64,000 bases of DNA from Candidatus Omnitrophota bacterium (GTDB lineage Bacteria > Omnitrophota > Gorgyraeia > Zapsychrales > JANLHA01): positions 72,189 to 136,188 of the forward strand of contig JAKQKX010000090.1 in NCBI GenBank assembly GCA_029560465.1, given 5' to 3'. Numbering within the stretch: the first letter of the stretch is position 1; every line of letters starts with the position of its first letter. The notes beneath the pieces are model-generated. The model did not search any database. It was not told the DNA's origin and worked only from the letters and a program-made list of their open reading frames with translations. This document shows, one piece after another, positions 10,780 through 20,936 of this stretch. Position numbers and translations under genes: made by a program.

Positions 10780-12018
10780 CTACCGTTTGAGAATACGGTG
10801 TTTTTCAATCAATTTAATCAAGGCCTTCGTCAACTTGATCGAATCGTGCCGGACATAATCCGTGATGCTCAACAGGTCCGTGGCCACCACCTCAATTCCC
10901 ATCTCCCGGATACGATCCACTTCAGGCACAACCGGGAACGAATCTTCGGACTTATACCGGCCTTGCGCTTCCGAAGGGACCTCTTCTGAATTCACCAGAC
11001 AAGCATCCATGACCTTCCGGTGCGAATGCTTGACAATCGCATCAACGTGGTCACTCGCCGTATACCCTTCTGATTCCCCCTGCTGTGTCATGACATTACA
11101 AACATAAATTTTATACGCGCTGGACTTGACCACCGCGTCCGTCAATTCTTTAATCAGCAGGTTCGGGATAACGCTCGTATATAAACTCCCCGGCCCCAGC
11201 ACAATGATCTCCGCTTCCCGTATCGCCTCCAGCGCTTCATCCGTCGGAGTGGCATCTTGAGGTTTTAAAAAGACACGCCGTATCTTCATGCCTTTCCTCG
11301 GGATTTTCGCTTCCCCTTCCGTGATGGAAGAATCCTCGTACTCCGCGACGAGATGAACATTGTGGACCGTGGAAGGGATCACTTTCCCGCGAATTGCCAA
11401 AACTTTGCTGGATTCCTTGACCGCCTTTTCAAAATCACCTGTCACCTGGACCATCGCCGTCAAAAATAAATTCCCGAAATTATGGCCCTGCAGCTGGGAC
11501 TCTTTTGGAAAACGAAACTGAAAAAGCTCTCCCATCAACGCCGGGGCGTCCGCCAAGGCAACCAGACAGTTACGGATATCCCCCGGAGCAACAATATTAA
11601 ATTCCTCCCGCAGCCGTCCGGACGACCCTCCGCTGTCAGCCACCGTAACAATCGCCGTAATATTGGACGTGTATTCCTTTAACCCCAAAATCAAATGAGA
11701 AAGGCCGTGTCCGCCGCCGATAGCCACAATTTTAGGCCCGCGATCCAGGAAGCGCTTCCGGTAAAGGATATTGACAAGTTCCCTCTCGCCTTTCGGGATA
11801 AACAGCGTTAACAAAGAAACAATCAATTTCCCGATGCCCATGACGATAAGCACAATCCCGCAAAGGATAATCACAACGCCGAAAATTCTGATGAGGATAA
11901 AATTTGAAGCGAAAGCAATGGCCCCACCGGCCACAACCCCAACGCCAAGGACAGAAGTAAAAAACCACCTCTTAATCTTCATGCCGGGATAAAGCCATTT
12001 GATCAAATTATTCGGCAT
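10780..12018 (-). CDS. yvcK: YvcK/CofD-like UDP-GlcNAc-binding protein with two N-terminal TM helices
   Basis: IGGGHGL, TVADSGGSSGRLR, PGDIRNC, GHNFGNL, GPGSLYTS, RHD. Confidence 0.9.
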   Translation of the reverse strand: MPNNLIKWLYPGMKIKRWFFTSVLGVGVVAGGAIAFASNFILIRIFGVVIILCGIVLIVMGIGKLIVSLLTLFIPKGERELVNILYRKRFLDRGPKIVAIGGGHGLSHLILGLKEYTSNITAIVTVADSGGSSGRLREEFNIVAPGDIRNCLVALADAPALMGELFQFRFPKESQLQGHNFGNLFLTAMVQVTGDFEKAVKESSKVLAIRGKVIPSTVHNVHLVAEYEDSSITEGEAKIPRKGMKIRRVFLKPQDATPTDEALEAIREAEIIVLGPGSLYTSVIPNLLIKELTDAVVKSSAYKIYVCNVMTQQGESEGYTASDHVDAIVKHSHRKVMDACLVNSEEVPSEAQGRYKSEDSFPVVPEVDRIREMGIEVVATDLLSITDYVRHDSIKLTKALIKLIEKHRILKR

Positions 12019-12029
12019 AGGAAAGAAAA

Positions 12030-12500
12030 TTATATCAACTGGTTATCTTCAAGGTCTATAAGCTTCAGAATAGATTTTTCATCTTTGGCGTTTTTTAGAT
12101 TTTCCCGGAAATACTTGTCTTTAAGCAACCTGGAAATCTTCGCCAAAGCTTTTAAGTGGGGGCCAGCCGAATCAATGGGGGCAACCAGGAGGAAAAAGAT
12201 ATACGCTGGTTCTCCATCCAGAGAGTCAAAATTTATCCCGTTCTTACTGATGCCCAGCGCGGCTGTTAGCTGGGTGACATTTTCGCATTTCCCGTGCGGG
12301 ATCGCGATCCCCTGCCCGATCGCCGTGGATCCCAGCGCTTCACGGGCCAGGAGAATTTCGATTAATTTTGATTTAAGCTTTTTTTCAACAGCATCCGCCT
12401 TCACTAAAAGGTCAACCAACTCACCGATAACTTCCTTCTTTGTTTGTGATTTCAAATCAGCGCAAACAGCGTCTTTACATAAAAACTCATTGATTCTCAT
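12030..12500 (-). CDS. ptsN: PTS EIIA (Ntr/fructose type)
   Basis: REALGSTAIGQGIAIPHGK, FDSLDGEP, HLKALAKISR. Confidence 0.88.
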   Translation of the reverse strand: MRINEFLCKDAVCADLKSQTKKEVIGELVDLLVKADAVEKKLKSKLIEILLAREALGSTAIGQGIAIPHGKCENVTQLTAALGISKNGINFDSLDGEPAYIFFLLVAPIDSAGPHLKALAKISRLLKDKYFRENLKNAKDEKSILKLIDLEDNQLI

Positions 12501-12594
12501 CTACGGACTCCTTCTTACGGCCTAGCATTATAAAAGATTCCACAACCTGTTTATTTCTTCCAGCGTGTCTCTTGATAAAACAAGCATAAAAAAG

Positions 12595-12668
12595 AGCGGC
12601 GGATGGGATTTGAACCCACGACATCCACCTTGGCAAGGTGGCATTCTAGCCAACTGAATTACCGCCGC
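12595..12668 (-). tRNA. tRNA-Gly(GCC)
   Basis: GCGGCGG acceptor stem, anticodon arm CCACC-TTGCCAA-GGTGG, T-loop GGTTCAAATCC; CCA not encoded. Confidence 0.95.
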
Positions 12669-12818
12669 GAAATAATAAAGTATTATTGTTTTGAATTATA
12701 ACCTAAGATTTCTGTTTCTTCAAGAATTCAAGAAAATAAATGTGCCTGGGCCACAAACGCCCTATTTTTTATCAAATCAAAATTGGCCACGGCCGGGAAC
12801 CCCGCGCCACAAAGATCA

Positions 12819-12900
12819 TGGGCGGAAGAGGACTTGAACCTCCATGAGTTTCCCCACATGCTCCTAAGGCATGCGCGTCTACCAATTCCGCCATCCGCCC
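12819..12900 (-). tRNA. tRNA-Leu(TAG)
   Basis: GGGCGGA...GGCGGAATTGGTAGACGC, anticodon arm CATGC-CTTAGGA-GCATG, long variable arm, GGTTCAAGTCC; CCA not encoded. Confidence 0.95.
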
Positions 12901-13142
12901 TTTAGATAGTTTGTGTCCCCGGCTTTATTGTAAATCCAAAGTGCGGTTCCCACACAAATATTTTACACTTTTATCCCGAGGCAAAAAGCATCTTCCCACA
13001 AAATCACGGATGAATCGCCCTCATGGCAGGATTCTAACCATATATTTTGAGCCGGGACAGCGCGATGAGCCGTGAAACATCCGGCCCGGGCAAGGTTACG
13101 CGTAAAATTCCATCTAAAGGACATCTTTGACTGAAAAATCAG

Positions 13143-13215
13143 TGACCCACCCGCGACTCGAACGCGGCACACCAGCCTTAAAAGGGCTGTGCTCTACCAC
13201 ATGAGCTAGTGGGTC
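13143..13215 (-). tRNA. tRNA-Lys(TTT)
   Basis: GACCCAC acceptor stem, anticodon arm CAGCC-CTTTTAA-GGCTG, T arm CCGCG-TTCGAGT-CGCGG; CCA not encoded. Confidence 0.93.
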
Positions 13216-13260
13216 ATAAAATACCAGTTAAGAAAGAACACATCGAATCTTCAAGCCAAA

Positions 13261-13824
13261 TCAATTAAAATCTTCCAATTCCTTGTTTTTCCCGGCAAGG
13301 ACATTGTCAATTTCTTTAATAAATTTATCGGTCAGCTTCTGAATATCTTCCTGCCCACGGAAAGCCTCGTCTTCGGCGATCACATGGTCATGCTCGGATT
13401 TCTTAATCTTTTCATTGGCTTCCCGGCGGATGGTGCGCAGAGAAACCCGGCCATGCTCCGCCATGTCCTTGACAACTTTCTTTAATTCTTCCCGCCGTTC
13501 CGTGGAAAGGGGAGGGACACTCAAACGGACCACTTTCCCGTCATTCTGCGGCATAATCCCAAGTTTGGAATTCATGATCGCCTTTTCAATCTCAACGATG
13601 GCGGTCGGGTCCCAGGGCTGAATCACAACGGTCTTCGGGTCCGGAACTGAAATAGAAGCCATTTGTTTTAACAATGTCATCGTCCCATAGTAATTGACGT
13701 GCAGCCCTTCAATGAGCCCCGGATGGGCCCTGCCCGTACGGACCTCGGTGAACTCCCGGCCCACCGACTCAACGGCCTTCTTCATCTTGATTTCAGTTTC
13801 TTTGTGGATTTCCTTCATATCCAT
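13261..13824 (-). CDS. frr: Ribosome recycling factor
   Basis: VRTGRA, YYG, PPLSTERR, RTIRR; synteny with pyrH. Confidence 0.97.
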   Translation of the reverse strand: MDMKEIHKETEIKMKKAVESVGREFTEVRTGRAHPGLIEGLHVNYYGTMTLLKQMASISVPDPKTVVIQPWDPTAIVEIEKAIMNSKLGIMPQNDGKVVRLSVPPLSTERREELKKVVKDMAEHGRVSLRTIRREANEKIKKSEHDHVIAEDEAFRGQEDIQKLTDKFIKEIDNVLAGKNKELEDFN

Positions 13825-13837
13825 AGGTCATCCCTCG

Positions 13838-14560
13838 CTATTTCACAATGGTTCCAATATTTTCGCCCAACACCACTTTTTTAATATTTCCGGTTTTCGT
13901 CAAGTCGAAAACTATAATTGGAAGATTATTATCCATGCACATGCTGATCGCGGTGGCGTCCATGACTTTCAGGTTCTTCTTTAAGACCTCGATAAATTTC
14001 AGAGATGAGAACCGTTTCGCATCAGGATTTTTCTTGGGGTCGGCCGAGTACACCCCATCCACCTTCGTCGCTTTCATGATAACATCAGCGTCCATCTCCG
14101 CGGCCCTTAAAGCCGCGGCCGTATCCGTGGTGAAATAGGGATTCCCGGTCCCGGCGACAAAAATAACCACGCGCCCTTTCTCCAAGTGGCGTAACGCCCG
14201 CCTTCGGATATACGGCTCCGCGACCGACTGCATGGCGATCGCCGACATGACTCTCGTGGGCACTCCAACTTTTTCCAACGCGTTCTGCAAAGCGAGCCCG
14301 TTAAGCACCGTGGCCAACATCCCCATGTAATCAGCGACCGACCGGTCCAGGCCGAACCGTTTCGACGCGACCTGCCCCCGGAAAATATTGCCGCCACCCA
14401 CCACCAGCGCCACAGAAACCCCCAAGGCGCAGATCTCTTTGATCTGCCCTGCCATTGAGGCACACATCTCGGCGTCTATGCCATGCTCCTGCGAGCCCAT
14501 CATGGCCTCACCGCTAAGCTTCAGCAAAATACGTTTATACACCGTCTTTGTTTTAGGCAA
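13838..14560 (-). CDS. pyrH: Uridylate kinase
   Basis: [32 protein letters not shown]. Start re-assigned to TTG 14560 (GAGG RBS, overlaps the end of tsf). Confidence 0.96.
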   Translation of the reverse strand: MPKTKTVYKRILLKLSGEAMMGSQEHGIDAEMCASMAGQIKEICALGVSVALVVGGGNIFRGQVASKRFGLDRSVADYMGMLATVLNGLALQNALEKVGVPTRVMSAIAMQSVAEPYIRRRALRHLEKGRVVIFVAGTGNPYFTTDTAAALRAAEMDADVIMKATKVDGVYSADPKKNPDAKRFSSLKFIEVLKKNLKVMDATAISMCMDNNLPIIVFDLTKTGNIKKVVLGENIGTIVK

Positions 14561-15080
14561 CGCCGACCTCATAACGGGTAAACCGACCAATGACAATATT
14601 TTCTCCGATCTTCGCGACCAGCGCCGACAGGCAATCCTGGATCGTCTTGCTCTGATCCTTGACAAAAGGCTGGCTTAACAAACACCTCTCCTTCACAAAG
14701 GCCTTCGGATCTTTTGCCTCCGCTAAAACCTCTTTCGGGATATCCTGCTCGCTGATATAAGCCGGGCCCATCGCGGCGATATGCATCGCGAGGTCCTTGG
14801 CAAATTGGCAGAAATCCGAATTCTTGGCCACAAAATCCGTTTCACAGTTAACCTGGACCAAGACGGCAATCTTATTGCCCATATGGACATACGCTTCTAA
14901 CCGGCCATTTAAGGCGGCCCGGCTGCTTTTTTTGGCCGCAATTTCAAGCCCGCGCTTCTGCAGAAGTTCCTGGGCTTTCTTCATATCTCCCTTGGCTTCT
15001 TCAAGAGCTTTTTTACAATCAATCACTCCGCAAGATGTCATTTCTCTTAATTCTCGGATATCTTCTAATGAAGCCCCCAT
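14553..15080 (-). CDS. tsf: Elongation factor Ts (short form)
   Basis: [36 protein letters not shown]. Confidence 0.95.
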   Translation of the reverse strand: MGASLEDIRELREMTSCGVIDCKKALEEAKGDMKKAQELLQKRGLEIAAKKSSRAALNGRLEAYVHMGNKIAVLVQVNCETDFVAKNSDFCQFAKDLAMHIAAMGPAYISEQDIPKEVLAEAKDPKAFVKERCLLSQPFVKDQSKTIQDCLSALVAKIGENIVIGRFTRYEVGVA

Positions 15081-15137
15081 GATCTCAATCTCCTTTCACA
15101 CAAAACACTATTTCTTCAACTGAAAACCAACCACCGA

Positions 15138-15968
15138 TCATGCGATCTCTTCTTCCTCATCCTCTTCTTCAACGATTTCCAAAATATCCCCAGAAGCAGG
15201 CTGAGGTGTTTCACTGATAACCGGCGCTTCCTGGGGTTCCTCAGTGGTAATATCAATCTTTTTCTGCACTTCCCGGGCTTCCACATATTCCTTGCGCCCC
15301 GCCAAGATCGAATCAGCGATCATCGTGGCGATGTACCGGATTGATTTTAACGCGTCATCATTCCCCGGGATGGGGAAATCGACAAAATCCGGATCACTGT
15401 TTGTATCAATCAACGCCAAAACCGGGATGTGAAGCCGATTGGCTTCCCGGATGGCGATCTCTTCCCGCTTGGAATCCACGACAAAAATCGCCTGCGGCAA
15501 CTGATGCATCTCACGGATACCGCCCAAATCCCTGAGCAACTTCCCCTTCTCTTTATTAAGGCGGGAAACTTCCTTCTTCTTCAAATTCTCCATCATCCCG
15601 TCCTCTTCCATTTTCTCGATCTTACACAACTTCTCCAAAGACTTGCGAACCGTCTCAAAATTAGTCAACAAGCCGCCCATCCACCGGTTATTAATATACG
15701 GCATTCCCGCGTTCTGGGCGATCTGGCTAAGCACATCTTTAGCCTGTTTTTTAGTTCCCACAAAGAGTACAAATCCGCCCTTAGCCGCGAGAGAATGCAC
15801 AAAGTCCTGGGCAAGAGCAAGCTGCTCTTTAGTTTTCTCTAAATCAATGATGTAAATTCCGCTTCTTTCCCCGAAAATGAACCTTTTCATTTTGGGGTTC
15901 CACCGGCGGGTCTGGTGTCCGAAATGGACTCCGCATTCCAACAGGGTTCTCAACACTTCATCTGGCAT
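15138..15968 (-). CDS. rpsB: 30S ribosomal protein S2
   Basis: GVHFGHQTRRWNPKM, FVGTKKQA, RWMGGLLTN, IPGNDDA; acidic tail. Confidence 0.98.
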   Translation of the reverse strand: MPDEVLRTLLECGVHFGHQTRRWNPKMKRFIFGERSGIYIIDLEKTKEQLALAQDFVHSLAAKGGFVLFVGTKKQAKDVLSQIAQNAGMPYINNRWMGGLLTNFETVRKSLEKLCKIEKMEEDGMMENLKKKEVSRLNKEKGKLLRDLGGIREMHQLPQAIFVVDSKREEIAIREANRLHIPVLALIDTNSDPDFVDFPIPGNDDALKSIRYIATMIADSILAGRKEYVEAREVQKKIDITTEEPQEAPVISETPQPASGDILEIVEEEDEEEEIA

Positions 15969-16225
15969 CGTTTCCTCCTCGTGCTTTGATCACTCATGGA
16001 AAACATAAAGGGAACCCTTTATCAAGCGAGCATAAGTGACGTTGTGGTTATTTTCAACACGGCTGGCGCTGCACAATCGTCTTAAAACAGCTTCCCGGAA
16101 CGGACTCTGTTTCAACATTTCACAGCCCTGCCGTATCGGCCCGGATTTTTCCCGGGCTCATGGTCTACTCGAACAACTCTCCTCTCTTCTTTTCCAGAGT
16201 TATTCGGACCTAAAATAGTTTCCCT

Positions 16226-16254
16226 AGTATACCTAACAATCTTTTTTTTTTCAA
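16226..16254 (-). promoter_or_regulatory. Strong sigma70 promoter of the rpsB operon
   Basis: Minus strand TTGAAA-N17-TATACT. Confidence 0.7.
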
Positions 16255-16557
16255 CACATTATTTCATAAAGGCTTTCAGCCGGTTTTCGGACAGGACAAC
16301 GGTAAAAAAGCCGAATTCCCAAACGAAAAATTCTTTCCCCAGGTGTGGAAACCGCAGGGGCACCGGATCCCGGAGAATCCTGTCCCGGCCCGGGGCACAG
16401 AGATTTTCAAGCGGCCCCGCAGACTTTACACTAAAAAAGACTTTCAAAGCACCGCAACCTGTGCCAATATAGCATGCTAGCATGAAGGAATTTAGGAGCC
16501 CAAAAGAGACTCTTAAGGAACCGGCCGAGGCATACCCGCCCACCGGAAGGAGCTGAC

Positions 16558-19500
16558 ATGAAACTCGGTTTTGATTTGGGGTCAAGAAACATCCATTATG
16601 TGGCTCTTGACAACGACACCGTTGTTGCGCGCGAAACGACCGAACACCAGGGTGATGTTCTGGGCCGGGTTCAGGATCTGATCCAGGGCGCCCGGCAGCG
16701 CTTCGGGGCTATCGAAAGTTTCGGGATCACGGGGAACACCTCCGCAGCCGCCCTCTGCCTTATTGATCCGGTCCTCGCCTGCACCCGCGCCAATCGGTTT
16801 CTAAAAACCGGCTGCCGGCATATCCTGGCTATCGGCTGCGAAACGTTCGCACTCATATTCCTGGACGCGGAGGGGAATTACCTCGAACATTCCTTCAGCT
16901 CCGACTGTGCCTCCGGCACCGGGAGCTTTTTAGACCAACAGGCCAAACGGCTAGGTTATTCGACAGAAGAGTTCGCCGACAAAGCGTTTCACTTTCAAGG
17001 AAAAACCCCGGCCATCGCCACGCGGTGCTCGGTCTTCGCCAAATCCGACATTATTCACTCCCAAGCAGAAGGGTTTTCCAAAGACGCGATCGCCGCGGGG
17101 ATCTGCGAAGGGGTCGTCCGAAGCATCCTCTCCTACACTTTAGGCGGCCGGAAACCAGACGGGCCGCTGCTTTTAATCGGCGGGGTCAGCCGCAACCGGA
17201 AAATCGTCTCCGAAATAGAAAAAAAACTCGGCGTGCCGGTGATCGTGCCAGAGAACCCTTTGACATTCAACGCCCTGGGCGCCGCGCTTTTGGGGAACGG
17301 GTCCGACCAGCCCCTCCTGGACGGGCTTTCAGATATCCGGGTCCACCGGCCATCCCGGGAAAAACTCGAGATCAAATTAACCCGGTATCCGGATTTCAGC
17401 CAAGACAAGACTTACACGAACGACGGCGTGGAAGTGATCCTGTACAGGGCCCTGCCCGGAGAAACGCTCAACGCCTTTCTCGGCATTGACGTCGGCTCCA
17501 CAAGCACAAAATGCATCCTGCTGGATGAAAACAAGACGGTGCTTTACGGGTTATACACAACCACGGCCGGCGACCCCGTCGCCGCGGTCGCCAAACTCTT
17601 TAAAGAGCTGTCCCGCATTTTCGTTTCAAAAACCTTAAACATCCGGGGCGCGGCCGTCACCGGGTCGGGCCGCCAGATCATCAAGGAAATCACGGGAGCG
17701 GATCTCGCCGTGAATGAAATCACCGCGCACGCCCGGGGGGCCACTTTTCTGGACCCGGACGTGGACACGATCATTGAAATCGGCGGGCAGGACTCCAAAT
17801 TCACGCTTTTAAAAAACGGCTACGTCGCCAGCTCGGTCATGAATTACGTCTGCGCGGCGGGGACAGGCTCTTTCATCGAAGAACAGGCCAAAAAACTGGA
17901 CGTGCCGCTCGCCGCCGTCTCCGACCTGGCCCTGGGACAGGAAGCGCCGCTCACATCCAGCCGCTGCACGGTCTATATGGAACGGGACCTGAACACGTAT
18001 ATCGCCGAAGGGTGGAGCAAGCCGCAGATCCTCGCGTCGGTCCTCTTCAGCGTGCGGGACAACTATCTCTCCAAAGTGGCCGGGCGGACACTGCTGGGAA
18101 ACACCATTTACTTTCAGGGCGCGACGGCGAGGAACAAGGCGCTTGTCGCAGCGTTCGAAAACGAAATCGGCAAACCGATCCTTGTTTCAAAATATTGCCA
18201 TTTAACCGGGGCCTTAGGCGCCGCCGTGATTCTCATGGAAACAGGGGCACCCGATTCCCGCTTCCGGGGCATCGACCTGGATTTCAAAACCGACAGCGAG
18301 CTGTGCGATTTGTGCGCGAACCACTGCTCCCTCACGGTCTTTAACATCAACGGGGCGCGAGTCGCCTGGGGCATGAAATGCGGACGGGACTATGACGAAC
18401 GCCGGCCGGGCCGGGCCAACCCCCTCTCCCGCCTTGAGCAGGAGTATCAAAACATTTTCGAACCCCTCCCCCGTCCGCACGAAAACGCGAAAACAGTAGG
18501 GATCCCCTTAACTCTTTACATGAAAGAATACGCCGCGCTCTTTGTGGACTTCTTTGAAAACCTGGGCCTTAATCTTATCCTGGAACGCAACGCAGCAGGC
18601 CACCTCGAGCAGGGCAAAGCCATCGCCCGCGCGGATTTCTGTTCGCCCATGCTTGTCATTCACGGCCTGGTCAAAGCCCTCGCCGGGAAAAAAATCGACA
18701 TGCTGTTCCTTCCGGCCTTCATCAACACCCAGAGTCTTCTGGATTCTTTACCGGAAGAAGAGCATTTCCTTAAGAAAAACCGGGACAGCTATTTCTGCTA
18801 CTATTCCGAATACGCGCCCACGATCGTGAACAACCTGGTGACCCTGGATATTAAAGACATCCTGGTTTCCCCCAAAATCAAGCTGAATAACCAGCCCGTG
18901 GAAAAAGTCGCGGAAGACATCGCTCAATCCTTGGCCGGCCATATCCCGCTTCCACAAGCAGACATCGTCGAGTCTTTCCTCACCGCTTACCGCGCTGACA
19001 TGAAACGAAAAGCGCAATGGCGGGAGACCGGAACCCGGCGCTTAGCTTCCGGCAAAGACCGGATCAAGATCCTGCTCCTCGGCCGGCCCTACGTTGTCTT
19101 TGACCGCACGATCAACAGCGGAATCCCCGCCAAACTCGAAGCGCTGGGCTACGAGTTGATCCACCAATCGATGCTCGATCTCCCCAACGAGCCGGGGCCG
19201 TTCTCTTCGCGCTACCTTGACCGGATGCACTGGTATTACGGCCAGCAGATCCTCCTCGCCACAGAGACAGCCCTGAAGAATGACAACATTTACCCCGTGT
19301 TCCTGACGAATTTCCACTGCAGCCCGGACGCGTACGTCGTGACATATTTTAAAGAAATGATGGAAAACGCCGGCAAACCGTATCTGGTCATACAACTGGA
19401 CGAACATTGCAGCGATATCGGTTATCAAACCCGGCTCGAGGCCGGGATGGACGCGTTCCTAAACGATTTTAACCGCCGGAAGGGCCATCCGAACCTTCCC

Positions 19501-20859
19501 ATTCCGGGCCGGTCGGCGCCGGGGGCTTCCGTTTACGAACCCCGCATCACCAAAGACGACATCATTTATTTCCCTTACCTCAGCCCCGTCCTGGATGAAA
19601 TCCTCATCGCCGCCTTTACCGCGCACGGGTATACCGCGCAGATCCTGCCGGTTGACCCGGCCATGATTCATCTCGGGTACAAGTATGTTTCCGGGGGAGA
19701 ATGTTTACCGAATGTCGCCGTGGTGGGTTCGATCATCGACCTTTTTCAAAAAGGCCGCTTCGACGTCAAGAAAGGCGTCTTGTATCTGGGCGACTCCTGC
19801 GTGGCCTGTAATTTCCATCAATACACGTCCCTGATCTGGGCCGCCTGCCGGAAAGCGGGGATTAAAAACTTGAGGATCTTCTCCCCCAAGCTGGGGGTCA
19901 CGGGCCAGGGGCTGCCCCAGGAACTTTCCTTTGACATAAGCGCTTCCAGCGTTTTAGGGTCACTCCTTTACAAACTGTATTTCCGCGTGCACCCCTACGA
20001 ACAGGAGCCCGGGGCGACTCAGCGCGCCCTGGACCGCTCCATCGCGATCATCAAAGGCTATTTAAATAAAAAACTGCCGCTTTGGGAAATTCCTGTTCAG
20101 AAACTCGGCGGAGAGCTTAGCGAACTTTATATAAAACATTTTATAAACGCCGGCCCAACCGCGGCCGGGGCGGAGCCGTCCGGCCGGGAGGATGAAAAGC
20201 AAAAAACTTTCTTTATAAATAAAATCAAAGAATTCCTGCACCCCAGCAAACATCTGCTCAACGCGGCGAAAGAAATCCGGTCGCTCTTTGAAGCCATCGC
20301 GGGAGCCGGGGAGAGAAAGCCTCGGGTCGGCCTTCTGGGGGACCTTTACGTGAAGTATAACCCGGTTTTAAACCAGGACATCTACAGCCTGATTGAAGAA
20401 CTCGGCGGCGAAATCCTCATCCCTTCCTATCTGGAAACCGGCGCGCATTTCATGGACGCAGCGGTCCGGGAAAGCGGGGCGGACAGGATGCCCCTGGTCA
20501 AACTGACAATGTACGAAAAAAGTTTTGAAGAGATCTTCCAGGGACTCCTGGACGAAGTGTTTGAGCCGCCGGTGGAAGAATGCGTCGAACTCATGCGGGC
20601 GTACGGGATAAAACATTTCATCCCCGGAGAAACGACAATCAACGTCTGCCGTCTGCTTTATTACGTCAAGCATAAACTGGTCGACGCCGTCATCCACCTT
20701 AACCCCATCCTCTGTTGTCCGGGGTCAGTGACGTCCTCGATCTACCGTAAAATGCAAAAAGATTTCAACATCCCGATCGTTGATATTTTTTATGACGGCA
20801 CCAACCGGCCCAACAGGATGATCGTCCCGCCCATGAGCACCCTAAAAAAGCCGCGATAA
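16558..20859 (+). CDS. Fused 2-hydroxyacyl-CoA dehydratase activator (two BcrAD/BadFG ASKHA ATPase domains) plus DUF2229/dehydratase-like region
   Basis: GFDLGS, CASGTGSFLDQQA, RCSVFAKSD; second repeat GIDVGSTSTK, EIGGQDSK, CAAGTGSFIEEQA, CTVYM; CDLCANHC; LLGRPY, FHCSPD, LDEH, TRLEA. GGAG RBS. Confidence 0.88.
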   Translation: MKLGFDLGSRNIHYVALDNDTVVARETTEHQGDVLGRVQDLIQGARQRFGAIESFGITGNTSAAALCLIDPVLACTRANRFLKTGCRHILAIGCETFALIFLDAEGNYLEHSFSSDCASGTGSFLDQQAKRLGYSTEEFADKAFHFQGKTPAIATRCSVFAKSDIIHSQAEGFSKDAIAAGICEGVVRSILSYTLGGRKPDGPLLLIGGVSRNRKIVSEIEKKLGVPVIVPENPLTFNALGAALLGNGSDQPLLDGLSDIRVHRPSREKLEIKLTRYPDFSQDKTYTNDGVEVILYRALPGETLNAFLGIDVGSTSTKCILLDENKTVLYGLYTTTAGDPVAAVAKLFKELSRIFVSKTLNIRGAAVTGSGRQIIKEITGADLAVNEITAHARGATFLDPDVDTIIEIGGQDSKFTLLKNGYVASSVMNYVCAAGTGSFIEEQAKKLDVPLAAVSDLALGQEAPLTSSRCTVYMERDLNTYIAEGWSKPQILASVLFSVRDNYLSKVAGRTLLGNTIYFQGATARNKALVAAFENEIGKPILVSKYCHLTGALGAAVILMETGAPDSRFRGIDLDFKTDSELCDLCANHCSLTVFNINGARVAWGMKCGRDYDERRPGRANPLSRLEQEYQNIFEPLPRPHENAKTVGIPLTLYMKEYAALFVDFFENLGLNLILERNAAGHLEQGKAIARADFCSPMLVIHGLVKALAGKKIDMLFLPAFINTQSLLDSLPEEEHFLKKNRDSYFCYYSEYAPTIVNNLVTLDIKDILVSPKIKLNNQPVEKVAEDIAQSLAGHIPLPQADIVESFLTAYRADMKRKAQWRETGTRRLASGKDRIKILLLGRPYVVFDRTINSGIPAKLEALGYELIHQSMLDLPNEPGPFSSRYLDRMHWYYGQQILLATETALKNDNIYPVFLTNFHCSPDAYVVTYFKEMMENAGKPYLVIQLDEHCSDIGYQTRLEAGMDAFLNDFNRRKGHPNLPIPGRSAPGASVYEPRITKDDIIYFPYLSPVLDEILIAAFTAHGYTAQILPVDPAMIHLGYKYVSGGECLPNVAVVGSIIDLFQKGRFDVKKGVLYLGDSCVACNFHQYTSLIWAACRKAGIKNLRIFSPKLGVTGQGLPQELSFDISASSVLGSLLYKLYFRVHPYEQEPGATQRALDRSIAIIKGYLNKKLPLWEIPVQKLGGELSELYIKHFINAGPTAAGAEPSGREDEKQKTFFINKIKEFLHPSKHLLNAAKEIRSLFEAIAGAGERKPRVGLLGDLYVKYNPVLNQDIYSLIEELGGEILIPSYLETGAHFMDAAVRESGADRMPLVKLTMYEKSFEEIFQGLLDEVFEPPVEECVELMRAYGIKHFIPGETTINVCRLLYYVKHKLVDAVIHLNPILCCPGSVTSSIYRKMQKDFNIPIVDIFYDGTNRPNRMIVPPMSTLKKPR

Positions 20860-20936
20860 AAAACGCGGCATCCCCGCCCCATGGCCAGCCGGGCTAGGCA
20901 TCCGAGCAACACCACCCCGGCACAGGCGCCCGGACG

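Noticed and set aside
12501-13260. tRNA cluster as an integration site for an island or prophage
   Set aside because: No integrase, and I saw no duplicated tRNA 3' end; the flanks are housekeeping genes.
13838-14665. 275-aa N-terminally extended PyrH from the ORF track
   Set aside because: The extension overlaps tsf in another frame; TTG 14560 with a GAGG RBS gives a normal-length protein.
16470-16484. Overlapping palindromes TAGCATGCTA / CATGCTAGCATG upstream of the activase gene
   Set aside because: Single occurrence with no regulator nearby; could simply be an extended -10 element or chance.
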